Assembly: GCA_965655095.1 (NCBI GenBank)
Contig: OZ296650.1
Span: forward strand, 48,856,001-48,920,000
Reading direction: 5' to 3'
Source: Haplodiscus bocki
Lineage: Eukaryota
Length of the DNA stretch: 64,000 nt
Position 1 is the stretch's first letter; every line of letters begins with the position of its first letter. This document shows positions 50,714 through 64,000 of this stretch, piece by piece. Made by a program: the position numbers and the translations under genes. Under the pieces are notes generated by a model that was given only the letters and a program-made list of their open reading frames with translations, ran no database searches and was not told the origin of the DNA.

Positions 50714-52005
50714 TTGGATGAAGTTTATGGAAGTCTTGGAGGCAAAGTCCCAGTTGCTGACAATTTCCAGTCGTCCCACGGACAGAAATTTTATCCTCCG
50801 ACCTCACACGACAAAGTTTACAGAGATCTGGAATATCAAATTGACCGGAATTTTTACGTTGATTGGAGAAAAAATTACTTCGCTTTGAAACTGAAATTAG
50901 TCAAGTGTCGTGATGACGAAATTTATCAAACCGGAGAAGCTAGAAAAGAGCACAAGGCAGAGACAAAAACGGCGAAAGGAACAAAAGAAGAGGCTCCAGT
51001 TCCCTTCGTTACTAATGTAAACAACATTTTGCACTCAAGATCCTCCAATGCTGAGGTGTACATCAACTATCAACGTTTATACAAATCAAATGTACGCTAT
51101 GCGCACAAGTCCTAAATTTCCAACAAAGGGTCCGTCTCTGAATACAAGGGAGTTTCACAATGCGTGGGGTAAGACTATGAAATTTTTCCTGATGATTTTA
51201 TGAAAGTGCTTTTGTCCGAATCTTTTTTCACGAGGAGAATGAAAATGCTTGGTAGTGTCGATGGCTTCTTGATGTATGGTAGATTGGTGGTTGACTTTAT
51301 CTCCACTTCGGAATTGCTATATTCAAAGACAGAATTAGGCTAAAAATAGTCAGACATAATTTTGACATGATTAGCGACAATCCCAACTTTGGTCTTCCAA
51401 TTGTTGATTGCTCACTCTACACTCGTCGTATTGCTCTCAAAGATAAATATCAGAAAAAACGAACGGACATGTCTGCATATACTCCCGCGGGTTTCAGCTA
51501 TTTGTAGATTCTAGTGCATATTGTCGATAATCCTGCCATTCAAAACCAATGCATTCAAGAACATAATTTTAACAAAGCGCCAGTTTGTTGGAATGCTTTC
51601 AAAGAAATAATGAATTCTGCGTTCACTGGATTTGAGATTAGAAAACCTTTCTGGTATTAGCAATCTGATCTCAGACGAATTAGAATGCTCAGGTGGACAA
51701 CCAGCAGTAGGATTTAATGCTGTGGACATTTCCCACTTTAATGTTACGACAATGAAAGCAACGAACTTTCAAGGTGATATCCGCTAACTTCCTATTGAAA
51801 CTTCCTAAAATCAATATGTACTAGTGTTTGATATGACTTCAACGCAACACTGCAATTTCCAATACCTGGACTTAGTTGGAGGACCCCTGAGTCTGGCGTT
51901 AATTTTTACATTTCATCTAGAACACGTTACTGAAGTCATTGTAATGGGAGAACGAATGTCTGGGACTGCATTTGGAGAATTGGGTGTTGTTGAGAAGAAT
52001 AACCG
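50714..52005 (+). pseudogene. Major capsid protein (double jelly-roll)
   Basis: FYPPTS...EYQIDRNFYVDWRKNYFALKLKLVK; VNNILHS..SNAEVYIN; MYGRLVVDF..SELLY; IVDCSLYTRRI; LVFDMTSTQ; GPLSLALIF..LEHVTEVIVMGE. Confidence 0.8.
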
Positions 52006-52007
52006 GA

Positions 52008-52390
52008 ACGGACAAGGTTTGCCTCTAGCAACAAATCAATCGTAACTCTCTACTCAAGTATCGGTACCTTGAGTTAATCTCCTTAGAATGTGTTCCATTT
52101 TTCCTCGAGAAGTCTTCTGTCACTTTAAGTACACAGCCCAGCAACAGGCAGGGTGAGCATCGGATAATGACTGCAAACTCTCGTCAGAATTTGTATTTTG
52201 TAAATTATCTCGGAAACTATTTTGCTCAATCAAAATTTCAAGCAGATGATTCAAGATACATTAGAGTTGTCCCAGCGTTTGCGGTTCGTTCACGATTTAT
52301 GTAGTTTTTCAATTCTCCAAGTTCCGGAAAAAAAATTTATCGGAGATCATGACTTTAATGTACTTTCATTTATAAGTAACTACATTTTTT
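52008..52390 (+). pseudogene. Adenain-like cysteine maturation protease
   Basis: KYRYLELIS...STQPSNRQGEHRIMTAN...LYFVNYLG (NT...GEHW...YFDSLG pattern), followed by a PSVCG relic. Confidence 0.8.
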
Positions 52391-52739
52391 ATTTCATTCT
52401 TTTCAATGTATATGTGCAAGTTAAACAATGTGTCTGTTACTTTTGTACTCTATATATAAGTTTTTAAAGTGGAAAACATTCTTTTCAAGTGGAATTGCAA
52501 GAATCTTAAGACCCGTTGCAAACCATACAAACCCCTATACTTCTGAAAGTTTAGGCCAAAACAACATCCTTAGGCGTAAAATATTATCACCACTGTCAAA
52601 AGATAACCCCAGGCGTCATGAGTACTCCGCGCCCTAATATTTATCCGCAGTGCCCTGGAAAAGATTTCAAAAGATAAATTCTTTTAAAAAGTCTTACAAT
52701 GCCAAAAATGAGCCCTACCATAGCCAAGCTTGGCTTTCC

Positions 52740-52938
52740 GCTATCTTGATACGTTGAACCCTATCTTAATACATTGAGTTGACCACACGAAAACATACCC
52801 TATCTTGATACGTTTCCGATGTTTGGCCTAACTTAAAAGATAGGTGGGGGCCCTTTTCCTGGTTCCAGGGTCCACAGCCTATCTTAATACGTGGAGGAAC
52901 CTCCATCCCCCATCTGATCAACTCGTTCTCTAACTACT
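52740..52938 (+). repeat. Maverick right terminal region with four CTATCTT(G/A)ATAC repeats and an ACTACT end
   Basis: Copies at 52741, 52761, 52800 and 52879, plus an inverted partial copy (aagatagg) near 52837. Polintons typically end in AGT.../...ACT. Confidence 0.65.
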
Positions 52939-53849
52939 GCTGTTGCTACTGGTTTAAACTTTTGTCAAGCTAATTGTCAACTCGCCTTTCATGATCCTCG
53001 TAGTCGGAGGGTAAATTGAACCAAATTTGAGAGACTTACGAACTTTTGACGGAAGAACTTACTGGTGCCTTTTTTTGGTTAAGTAGTTTATAAGAAAATG
53101 TATTAGCATCCTTTTGTGTTGCTTCGAAAAACTCGTCAAAAAAACTTAGTTTTAGCTGCATCAATGTCAAAGAATCGTTCAACCGTTTTTGTTGCTCTTA
53201 CTGATGTTGGCAATAAATTTTTCTCGAAAACACTCCAAATTCCACAGAAGGCTGCGGGGTTCTTCCATCCATCAGTGTTTTGGACATCAGTCGAAAAAAA
53301 TTCGAGAAAAAAAATTTCATTTCACAGTAGTCGATGTTAGTTTTTTCCTGACGTTGCCCATGACAAGCAGAATTCGTGTGGCAGAACAGAATCAAGACGG
53401 TCTGATTAAATTATATGCGGGTTGCCGTCGCGGATATGTAGCCCGTGAGTAGTGAGTTCAAGTTCTGCTATCGGCCATGTGTCTTGCATATTTGTACTGA
53501 CATGGTTACAAATTCCTATTTTTCAATAGCTGAAAACCGGGTTTTTCGAAAAAAACTTAAAATCTTTTGGTAACTGGTTTTTCGTCCTAAATCTTTGGGG
53601 CTGAAAAACAGATGTTTTTCAAAAACAATTCAGCTGGAAGATGTCGTTAGGTGATTCTAGGTTGAGGGAAGTTAAAATAACGCATTTTGTTGTGGATTTC
53701 CTCACGGTTGCATCTCACGTCTCTCCGAAAAAACAACAAAAATTCAACCGTTTCGTCTAGGTCTCAAACGACAGCCTTCCTTTTGTACAAAAGTTTTACG
53801 CCTAAAAGTTCAAGTATTTCTCCATGCGTTGGAATCAAGGTAGACCAGT

Positions 53850-55350
53850 AGTAATTCAGAATATATTTCATAGGTTTTGAAAGATCTTGTTAATCAAACC
53901 CCTTTTATCGGTAGCTACAGGATTGATTTTTTCCATTATGCTCCCAAGCCAGACCCCTACACTTGTACTAGAGGTCCTGCTCTAACTGAAAAATTTGTTT
54001 AAATCGATCGTTGTTCCCGAATCCCAGTAGTCCGTTATTTTTGACAGATGCTGCTTTTATTTTTGATTCATCTGGCGATTCAAATTCGAGTATTTCAGTA
54101 ACCACAGGTTTGATTTCATCCATCAAGTTCTTCTTCGAGAAAATTTTTACTTTTGGAGGAACATTCGGTTAAAAATCCATGCATTTTTGTCCTTGCATTA
54201 GATTGCTGACAGCCAAAGAATTCGATACGTGCAATCAACAATATTTTTTTTCGATTCTCGAACTCATATTTATCTAAATCTACAGGTTTGTTGTCTTCCC
54301 TTAAGTGTACAATAGAGTAATTCACACCTGCAGAGAAAGATTTCCTTGAAAACCTAACAACATTGATCTTGGCATTATAATCTTGATAGTCCAAATCTTC
54401 TAAAAGTACAATTAATGTTGACTCATCTCGACATTCAAACTCAGCTTTCTCCGTAAGTACAGATCTGTTTTTTCTGTCAAGGTTGCAGAGGAAAGCTTTA
54501 CTTTTGGGAAAGATGAGGGTTATGAAAAGATTTATTATTGCTTCTTGCATCAGACATACATTAGTCTGAAGATTCCATATTCTGCTATTAAACTTGAATA
54601 ATCTCGACTCAGACTCTCGTTCTTCCGTAACTACAGGATTAAGTTTTTTCATCGAGGTCTCAACCGAGATATTTACCTCTAGAGATCTTTTCAAGCAAAA
54701 AACTATCCAGTCCGTGTTTTGCGTCGGAATCATATTGATCCATAATTGCTCAAAAAGTGATTAATTTGGCGCACCTCGATCTTCAAGATCATCTATCTTT
54801 AGTCAGACAAAATAGGCGTCTTTCATCAAGCTGTCAATTGACACAGTATTAGTCATGGAAAAATTCTGGATTATGAAGTAAATTGATTTTGTCCTTGCAT
54901 TGGAAATTTGATAGTTTCGAATTGCCAAGGAACAACTGTCAGTTTTTGCACTTTTTTATAATCCATCCCATGTTTGTCCAAAACTATTGATTTGATTCCT
55001 TCTTTCAGGGTGTCAATTTAGAGGTTTTTACTCGTGTTAGAGTTTTTACACGAATATTAAAAGTTTTTTTCCATGTAGTAGAGTCATGATGAACAAGAAT
55101 TGCCAGAAAAAGCTATTAATCTTGGTATGCGTTGTTGTTCAAACTCATATATTTTCAGATGTACCTGCCTGATTTTTCGATCATCTTGTCGATTGATAGT
55201 TTTTTGAGGCGAAGTATTCGTCTTCTAATTTTATGAAATTTGTTTTTTGCATCAAAATTGGAGCTTTTACTGGTCAAAAATGGCAACTGCTATTACTGTT
55301 TATTTATCTCAATACTGAAACTCATCATTCTCGAAAACTACCGCTTTGAG
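53850..55350 (-). pseudogene. Degenerate protein-coding region with internal repeats, unidentified
   Basis: 205-aa ORF at 54116-54733, with diverged copies of its motifs in the flanks (NARTK, NPVVT/NPVAT, YEFE). Confidence 0.45.
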
Positions 55351-58129
55351 TTTTCCTATCGAGGTGTGATTTGATTTTTGCAAACTTTTAAGTGTTAGAT
55401 GACTCTTTTTTCGGACAGTTTTCTATTTTGTTTCTTTTTCTGGAATCTTGACTGGAAGAGAATGCGGAAAAGTCCTTTGAAAATTCTTATTTTGTCAATT
55501 TCACAACCGAAATTTCTTCAGAATTACCGGCTGGAATTCCTAATTCTTCCGACAAGGTCTCCGTGGAGTTATTGTTGTCAATATTGGTTTCTTTTTTTTG
55601 TAAAAGAAAGATTTGTTATATGTTCGATCAATCTTTTTTGCGCCCCATTGATTGTTACTATGATTAGGGTTACGTTTGAATTTTTCCGTGCTGCTTACAT
55701 ATCGTTGCCCGAACATCTCAATCTTTCGTGTTTCAAAGAGGTATCGGGTACCTATATAGTAGTCTTTCGGTGCAATCTCTTCACTTTCTTATTCTCCCAA
55801 GGAGGCTCCTAATCATTTCAAAAGCCTGCGGTGGCAATGTGTCCAAACTCTTTTGAAAAGAATCTATGAACTTTTTTCGAAAGACACAATGATGTAACAC
55901 AGTCCTCAATTTTGTAATTAAAAACCACTTTTTGTCGACATTTTGCTAAAAACGTCTAGCAATTTTTTCAATTTTAGCCAGTGTGGAAGGTATGGTTTTA
56001 ACTTGTAGCCTCAGATTCTGCAATCTGAGAACTGTAAAAAGTAGATACTTTCGAATTGGGGTATGCTGTTTCAAAAACTAGCCACCACTGTGGAAGCGAG
56101 TGAATATAAAAATCACTGATTTTCAAAAACAATTTTCGAGCGTTCTAAAACTGCTTATAAAACCTAGCAAAAATTTTTCATTAAGTGCCAGGAAATTGGT
56201 CTGATTGATAAAGTTGAAATACTGACAAATTTATAAAACAGCAACTTCTTTTAAGTAACCTTACAATTGGCAAACGTTGGTATGCCAAAAAACTTTTAGT
56301 CATTGCTGAATAATCAAATTGAACAAATATTCGATACTGACCAACCGATATTGGTTGAACAATACGTCGAACAAAAGGTATCAACTGGAATAATGGCACC
56401 AACTGAATGGATTTGCACAGATTAGTCTTTAAATTAAACGCTGGGTGAAAGAAAATAAGCCACTGTACTTTAAGGGAAAAGCCTTACTCGAAGAATAACG
56501 TAAAACACTTTGGATTTTGAAACGAAAACAATCCTAACAAATTGAATAGAAATTCGGGAACTCAATTCCAATCAGAAGTCAATTCGTGTGCATTTCACTC
56601 TTTTAAAAACACCACTAAATGTTGATATTCGAAATTGATTGGGCAGATTAATTGGGCAGACTCATCCACTTGGACAAAATGATTCTCAAAATTGGACAAG
56701 TTCTCGAATTGAAATTCTCGTTTTTTATCTCAATTTTACTTGACTTGGCATTGATTGTTATTATCTACAATTTGCACATGATTTTTTTCGCACATTCAAC
56801 AATTTTTTGTAAACGTACAGTTTCACACTCGTGCATTTTTTGAGAACCCAATTTCAAGTTTCATAATTCGACAAAAAAGTTTTAAGTATAAAAAATTTTA
56901 GATGGAAGAGAGTTTCAGACTATAAATGAATGGCCTATGAGCCTCGATTTGAATGAAAACATTGCTGAAGCTTAAATAATTACTGCGTTTTTTGTTTGTT
57001 TTTGTACCCCCTGTTTAGGTACCTTTCAGTATAGTGGGCACTTGATATTGCATTTGGTGAGAATCATTCTCCCGATTCAGTTAATCAATAGATAGGAAAA
57101 TGAAAGCTTAAGAATGCATCAACTATAGAAGACTCAATTGGCAATCTCGCATAGACAACGTCAAGGCAAGTGAAATATGTGGCTGTATAACTGTGAGGCT
57201 CTAAATTGAATGAAATTTCTTGGAAGACAGAACGTAGACAAGGAGTGAGTGCTCCCACTTAACATGCGTCTTCATTCAGGTTTTCCGCGGCGATAGAATA
57301 GCAGTGGAACTCTTTTAGTGCCCCTAATGCCGGACCAAAAACGAAGGTATCCATCATTGAACTGTAGAACTTCACAAGTTGCTTAAACTTGGATTGGGTT
57401 TTTTTCGGAAAGATTTCGGTAAAAACATAAAGTTTTGGAAACTCCCTTTACTACAGCCCAAATAGCATAAATACCGACCCTGTTGAACTTCCCCGTAATG
57501 GGTGACCAAAAGCGATTGTATCGATGAAGCAATATCAGAACGCTGCAATGTTACAAGAATGGTAAGATTGGGATTTGGGACATTTATTGGAAAACTTTTG
57601 GAAAAAAGACAATTTTGGCCTATGATTCTGGCCCTAGACAGCACGAGTAGCTTCCATTCGGCAGATGTTGGAAACAAAAAGGTATCGGTTTTTCTGGAAG
57701 AGTCACACTAATGGTTGAATAGTGCTCATAGGCTCAAAAGTGCTACGAACTTAAACAGTCGTAAAATTTTAGACAAGTTTTAGGCTAAAACAAACATTAC
57801 ATAAATAAATGCTTAAAGTTCGAACCAAAATCCCCAAAGTTGTAAAGAAAATTAGGCAAATGGAATGCAGCAGTAATGTTGATACTTTCCATAAAATAGG
57901 CTTTTGAAAAAGAAAAATTCGGAAAGTATCCCGTTTCTGCAAAAAGAAATACAAAAGAAAGGCGCTCAGCGAGTTAGCACAAGGCATCCGACCAGAGACT
58001 ATCGAAAAAGACAGCACATTTGAAGCAGCTGAAGTTCGGGCAAAAAGAACCTCGAGTGATATTTATGTTGGAAGATAACGTTAATAGAAGCACTTCCGAA
58101 AGCAGAAATAACTTGCACTCTTAGATTAA

Positions 58130-59404
58130 GGGTAGCGGCTATATGTCTTCTCGTTCGGTAATGCGCATGGTCCAATTTTTTCTAATTCCTCTACTCTCTG
58201 CTTCTACCGTAATTTTTCTAGTGAATTTCACTTCAATTTTTTTGAAGTCCTGATATTTTTTTCTTATCGGTAATATTGTTTTGTCCTTCATTATTTGTTT
58301 ATTCGGTGGTATTAATGCGACCGGTGTTCCGGTGTCCACGATAAATTCTTTTTTCTGTTCCGTCAATTTTCATTATCAAGGTAGTATGATTTCTTCGGTC
58401 AACTACGTGTTTTATTTTTGTTGAAATATTCATCAATTTGACGGTATCGCTTTCTTCGGTCTCATCGGGTTCCGTAAATTCTTCAATTTTTTGTTGTTCT
58501 CAATGTCCGAACCTGCAAGTCTTCGCGAAATGCCCTTTCGTTTTGCAATTATGACAAATTGATTCTTGGAGTGGGCATTTGTGGTTAGGGTTCCAATTTG
58601 GTGCATTGCAATATCTGCAATTTCGTTCTTTTGGTCTCTTTTTCGGTCTTGTTCTGTATTTTCCCGTGAATGGCTTTTTGTGTATAGGTAGTTCTTTGAT
58701 TTATTTTTCTCAGGTTGATTTTAGTGCCTCCGGTATAGTAATCTTTTTGTTCTTTCGTATGTATTTTTTTGTATTTGTTCAACTACTTTCGATGCATCTA
58801 AATCATTTTCTTTCGACAGTTTGTCCAGTAGTCTCTTGTCGGTGATTGACCTCACAATCTTTGATACAATTAACCCGGTGCTTAAATCCCGAAAATCGCA
58901 ATATATTTTTTAATTCGATCAGTTTCTCGCTTGTGGTCTTCCGGTGTTTCATTGTCTGTTTGTTTCGCCCAAAACAAATCTCTCCGTGAGTTGTACTTGT
59001 TTCTTTTCGGCAAAAAGTATCTGTTTTATAGTTTGATTAGGTTATCGATTTTAATTTTGTCCCACTCGGTTCGGTATTCGGACCGTGGTTTTCGGTGAGT
59101 TGCTTCGGGTCCCCGTGCCCATAAAAAATCTTGTTGTAACTTTTTTGTATTCCATCCCGTTTCGGTAATTGTTTCTTCTTTGATTAGTGGTGCTAAATGT
59201 ACATCGCATTTTCTTTTCGTAAATTGCTTGAATCATTCTAACCGTCGTCGATAGTTGTAGATTCTTTTCCTGTGTATCCCCTTTTTGTCCAGGCATGGTA
59301 TTTGTATTCTGTCTCGGGTCCTTTTCTTTCGCTGTGATATTCAGTTCTGTGTGTTCGGTAAGTTCTTGGTGTAGTGGTATTGAGAAGTTTTGCTTACTGC
59401 GCCA
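58130..59404 (-). mobile_element. Ty3/Gypsy (Mag-like) gag-protease relic with PBS
   Basis: Knuckles CRYCNAPNWNPNHKCP..ICHNCKTKGHFAKTC (about 58515-58618). Protease FIVDTGTPVALIP. PBS TGGCGCAGT from 59404 directly after an LTR-type ...AACA end. Confidence 0.85.
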
Positions 59405-59900
59405 TGTTCTAATCCAGCGGAAGAAATGAAAACAGGTTGGTTTCTAATATCTAAATGCAATATATGCGATCTCTGTGGTATAAATGATTTACGGCGTTCC
59501 GAACATTGAAACACTTTATTGTTTACTGAAATACATACAAGCAAGTTTCGAAATTTAGTTTCTGTGTTTCTTCTAATTTAGTACGATTGCATAACCGGAT
59601 TTACGGAGTTCACCGTGTGATATGGGAGCTCAACGCGATCTAACGCGTCAGATGTAATGCCTAAGATAAAAATATTGACTTGCTTAGTGTTAAAGTTTGC
59701 CTAACATCTAAATTGCCGTTTTCCCCAAGAGCTAAATCCATGTACAACCAAGAGATAATTTATCACCGCCGCTGTGAAAAAGATCTAGAGGGTGAACTAA
59801 GATGACAAACAGGATTAACATCTAAAGGAGACAGTGAACTAACTAACGCTTACCGATCTTATTTCTATTTGTATTTCATGGAATTTTCTTCTTAAGCCTA
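59405..59900 (-). repeat. Probable 5' LTR of the Gypsy relic (outer boundary uncertain)
   Basis: Ends in ...AGAACA next to the PBS. AATAAA on the minus strand near 59515-59520. No second copy in the window. Confidence 0.5.
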
Positions 59901-61849
59901 GAGAATAAAAAGATCGGCTTACTCAAAAAGCAAATTTGATGATCATTAAATTGTTATAGCATTTTAACGAAATTTGATAATAAGAAATGAGCCTAAAATG
60001 GCTGAAATCATTTTCAGGAAAAATGTCCGAAGTTTTAGGCAGAATTCCTGTTTTTGAATACTTAATCTGGTCGACTGAGTTTTCAGGGTATCATGGATCA
60101 CCCAAAAATTATAAAGTCCCCGCTATACGTATTCAAAAAAATTATACAATGAGGAAAACAGTTTGTGGTGAGTTCTAAAAAGGTTGGTTTAGAAAGGAGC
60201 CACTAACGAAATCTAACGACTAACGCATTTCTTGAGGGCTCAAAATCAGAAAATTGGTCCAAATACTGGTGCATTCGCAAATCACACAAGCAAATTAAAT
60301 ATGAACTAGTCTCATTACAGCCAAATTTATAGTTTAGACTCGCACTAAACATAGAATTAACAGTCAGTCAAATCTCATATAGCTGAACTATTCTAATTGA
60401 CTGAATCGAAGCCAGCAAAAAATATAAAAACATTTCAATCCCAGAAATTTTGGAAAAAAACGAAGTGTTCCCCAACGAAAATGGTCAGTACTGTGAGAAA
60501 AAAAACTGACGAAAAACGTAATACCATCGTTAAGCATAGTTTTTCGATACCAAAAAAACCAAAAAAAACTTCAGAAAAACCAAAAGAGCCCCCACGAAAT
60601 TCTTATTGAATACTAAAACTTTTCGTCAGTTTTTTGTGATACCCCACTCTATGATTCACCAAAATTATTGCAATCAACAAATGGGCAGTACCACAAACTT
60701 TCAGAAACATCCAAGACATCCCGAAATACAAAAAAGACCCATTACTAGTTTTCTGTCTGTGAAACAAAAAGCTTCAACCTTTTTGTTGGTACCCTATTAT
60801 TGTCTACCGAAGCTTTCGCGCCAGTCAGATAAGCAGCGTCAAATCTAACGTGTTCTCAGCTGGCTTTAGTTTCCGTCCATAAATTTTGGAAAAGTAAGGT
60901 AGTCACTTCAGTTATGCAGTTTTATTTCTTTTTTCAGAATTTGCTATTGTCGCGCAAATTTTGTGTTTCACATTTAATACCCTCCTGTATAATACATATA
61001 TGCGGTTGCATCGCGCATAATAGCCCCAACATAAAAAATATAACGTACCAAATCAAAATATTTACAGGCTGGTTTTATGTTTGCTGAAAACTTTACAGAA
61101 TTATTCTTTTTTTTGTCCCACAAAACAATTTTCTTTCCGATACACTTGAGGGTTTTTCTGTTTTTCGAAAAGACTCCCTTTCTTTGTAAAAGTGAATCAA
61201 CTCAACCTGTTCCAACTTTTTGGATAAGTTCGACAAAAAATGGGCTTGTCGATAATGTTCAATTACCCGAGAAATCTATCGCCTTTCTTTGAAACGAACT
61301 CCATTTGAATTGTTTTTCTTTAGAAGATTCCACGTTTACATGTATTTTGCTTTCATATCTGAGCCTCAAAGACGAAAAACGCAATTCTATATTATTTTTC
61401 ACGAATACGTCATTTTTTACGTTGTATAGTGAAAATGAATTTTTTTTCGATTAAATAAATTGATTTTTCTCGATTTTCAAAGCAAACTTTCTTTTTACAA
61501 AAACCAGGTATATTTTTTCAATCAATGTATCAGTCTACGTTTTGTACTTTTAAACCGCTACTGGCCAGTCCATTTTTCTGTTTGGCTTCTCGGACGGGAA
61601 ACTTCGTACCCGGAAATTGTGAATATTTGCATCTTTGTAAAAAAACGTCTTCGTAAATGGACTCAACTTTTCTTTGAAAACCCTCCAGATATTGTGTATC
61701 CTGATCTCCATCGACATTTTTCCTTCTGCAGAGCATCATTTAAGGATATTGTTCCTACAAAAAGTCCTCGCATCGCAAACTATAAAGACCGATACAGCCA
61801 AAATGTAGAAGTGGTCTGATTTTTCCAGAAAAGCAAACCTGCTTCTTTC

Positions 61850-62400
61850 AAAAATCAATGGCTGTCTGTTTTTCAGCAAGTGAACAATCGACTTTTTAAC
61901 ACTTGAAAAAACAAGCGGTATTGTCACTTTTTGCGTTTAGTTCCTTGCAATGCAACCTTGATAGGCGCAAGTAGCCAAAAATTGCATTCTCATATGATTT
62001 GTCTTGATAAAAAAATTCGATTGTTTTCAAAATGCACAGCTGAATTTCTCACATACAAGACCTAATCAACAACTTTTCATTTGTAGAGCGTCATTTAAAA
62101 ATGTCTTTTGAGAAAAAAAATTTTAAATTGGAAGTAATAGGGAAGGAATTGGCCAGCAAGTGCAAAAAATTAGATTTTTGCCGAGGGTCAAACGTTTTTT
62201 TCTCCAAAACCAACGGCTGCATGTCGTTGATCAGAGCATCAATCGACACGTTTTGTCATAAAATTCATTTGATTGCCAAAAAATGCAATTAGTTCCTTGC
62301 AACGGAAACTTTATGAGCCTAACTAGCCGAAAACTGAAAATTGGTCTGATGCTTTTTGTTATCCAAACCCAGTTTCCCTTGAAGTCACAACTGTCAGGAC
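61850..62400. repeat. Diverged tandem duplication, period about 350 bp
   Basis: aaaatcaatggctg...aatcgac and ttagttccttgcaa...tagcc blocks at 61851/61938 recur at 62206/62289. Confidence 0.55.
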
Positions 62401-64000
62401 TTTTTCCATTTAGGTCTCAACAACTTCTTTTTTGAAAAGGAGCTTCAATACTCGTATCTTCAATTTTATCCTTCATTCGATAAATTGATAGGCCTATATT
62501 GTCAAAAAAATTGTTTGTGTATCATGCTTCTTTGTATTGAAAGCAGTCTTTTATCCAAAAGTAGCAGCTGCAATTCCCTGTCAAGATGTGAATTGACAAA
62601 TTTTAGGTTTTTAAAAGTTTTGAAAATCGAAATTTTAAGTTTCATTGATCTTAGCGGAAATTTCATTGGCTGCGCGTTCCAAAATTTGCTTATGGATGTG
62701 ATTCTTCAGATTACAACTCGTTTGTCTCCAAAACTACCGACTGGACTTCTTCATCAAAATCTCAATGGACACTTTTATCTGTGAATAAGGTCAGTCGATA
62801 ACTTTATTCCGGAAAAAAATTCCCTGCATTCGTACTCTCATCGGCTCAAAAGTGAGATGTGTGGTTGCTTCTCTCAGAAGTTTCAGAAGGTTATTCAGAA
62901 AAATACCTCGAGTTTAGGACTTTGCTTTGAGCCCTGATAAATCAATAATGCCACGAACTGTGGAAATCATCGGTTGATTTATTGACTGGAATTTTTTTAA
63001 CTAGATTTAAAAAAGTTTTCTCATTTCTTAACTCCATGCAAAAGTTGGTAGTAAATTTTGTTTTTGGGCGACAAATAAGATGGTGTTGGCCGGCCGTCTC
63101 CAGGGTTACAAGGATTATAGTTGTCGGGCAAGATTCCAGCTTACAAAATGAGAGCCCCAGGACTCGCTGTTAAGGTAGAACTTGCCTGATTCCTTCATGC
63201 AATTTCAAAAATTAGTTCAATTAACTCTTCCAATTGTCCAATGATCAGACATATTCTACTTCTTTACATGCTCCTGTTTTAGGGTGTTGTGCTCAGGCAC
63301 CCTCTGATGCATTGCCGTCAGTACTTGGGAACTTTGGGTTTTCTAAAGCGTTGACATTCGCATTTCGCTGTACGATGAATTGGGATATTGCCTACCGCTT
63401 GTAAGTGTTCTGGGAGTGGCGGAATCTAACACAAAGGTAACGAAGACTTGAAATTTTAAAGCATAAACATTTTAGATGAAAGTAATATTTGATTTACACC
63501 GTTGCGTGTGAAATTTCAAACGAGATTTTGCAAAATTTGATATTCTTGCGCTAAACGGGAAGAACAGGTCGAATGGTTGCGCAGACGAATGTCGAGCGTT
63601 AGCGGATTTGCGTGGTCACATAAGATGCTCGCTGTTCATTGGACCAAGTAACTCATGAAAGTGCGAACGCAAAAGCCCCGTAATTTATGATAGCTCTTGC
63701 AGTTTGTGCACACTCAACGCAAGCAATCTGCACAAAACATTTCATCACAATGGCAAAATAAGCACCACAACTATATAAAATCAGTTCGTGAGTAGGGTTT
63801 CAAATCAATTTAAGGGTTTCAAAGGTTACCGTGATCTTGCTGGTAATCCACTCTGATAACTACTTTGTTCATTACATGCTTTTCCATTTTTATGGAACGT
63901 CATCTTATACAGTCGATTTTCCATTTTGGTCGTTAAAGGTGACACCTGTGTCCGTTGGTCTGTACCTTCCGAAAGTAATCGAATTCCATCGGATTATCTG

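Larger units (their letters stand above)
38028..52938. mobile_element. Decayed Maverick/Polinton (polintovirus/adintovirus-like) endogenous element, left end lost at the gap
   Basis: Relics of pPolB, A32-like ATPase, retroviral-type integrase, minor and major capsid and adenain-like protease. Right end ...taACTACT at 52938 with subterminal repeats. Confidence 0.9.

Noticed and set aside
2386-52938. Functional link between the ESCRT-III gene CHMP5 (used in virus budding) and the neighbouring retroelements or Maverick
   Set aside because: The elements are decayed insertions in a repeat-dense region. Nothing in the sequence indicates capture or co-regulation.
57372-57677. 101-aa ORF with a faint CAP/SCP-like THY...YLGC segment
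   Set aside because: The similarity is too short, and no supporting motifs or splice structure were found.
63283-63400. Possible plus-strand exon (tgttttag...gtaagt, one open frame)
   Set aside because: No recognisable protein and no partner exons in the window. Needs RNA-seq.

Overview
Repeat-rich animal (invertebrate-type) genomic DNA. The only clear host gene is CHMP5/Vps60 (ESCRT-III, 216 aa, minus strand, three coding exons at 24754-24924, 2923-3189 and 2386-2598). Its 21.6-kb first coding intron holds a full-length but decayed BEL/Pao LTR retrotransposon (14156-22929), a LINE RT fragment and several dispersed or tandem repeats. Upstream of the gene lie two near full-length, head-to-head non-LTR retrotransposons of different groups: an L2/CR1-type element on minus (about 25870-30470) and a Jockey/I-type element with a PHD+CCHC ORF1 on plus (about 32450-37780). 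The most notable observation is that both carry a homologous extra ORF ('ORF0', about 190 aa, SGNH/GDSL-esterase-like motifs) upstream of ORF1. It is intact in the first element; in the second it is broken and absent from the ORF track. After a 200-N gap there is a heavily decayed Maverick/Polinton-type endogenous virus (about 38028-52938: pPolB, packaging ATPase, integrase, minor and major capsid, adenain-like protease, ACTACT terminus). A degenerate repeat-domain ORF region and a Ty3/Gypsy gag-protease relic follow. Family assignments come from motif recognition by eye, and boundaries of decayed elements are approximate.
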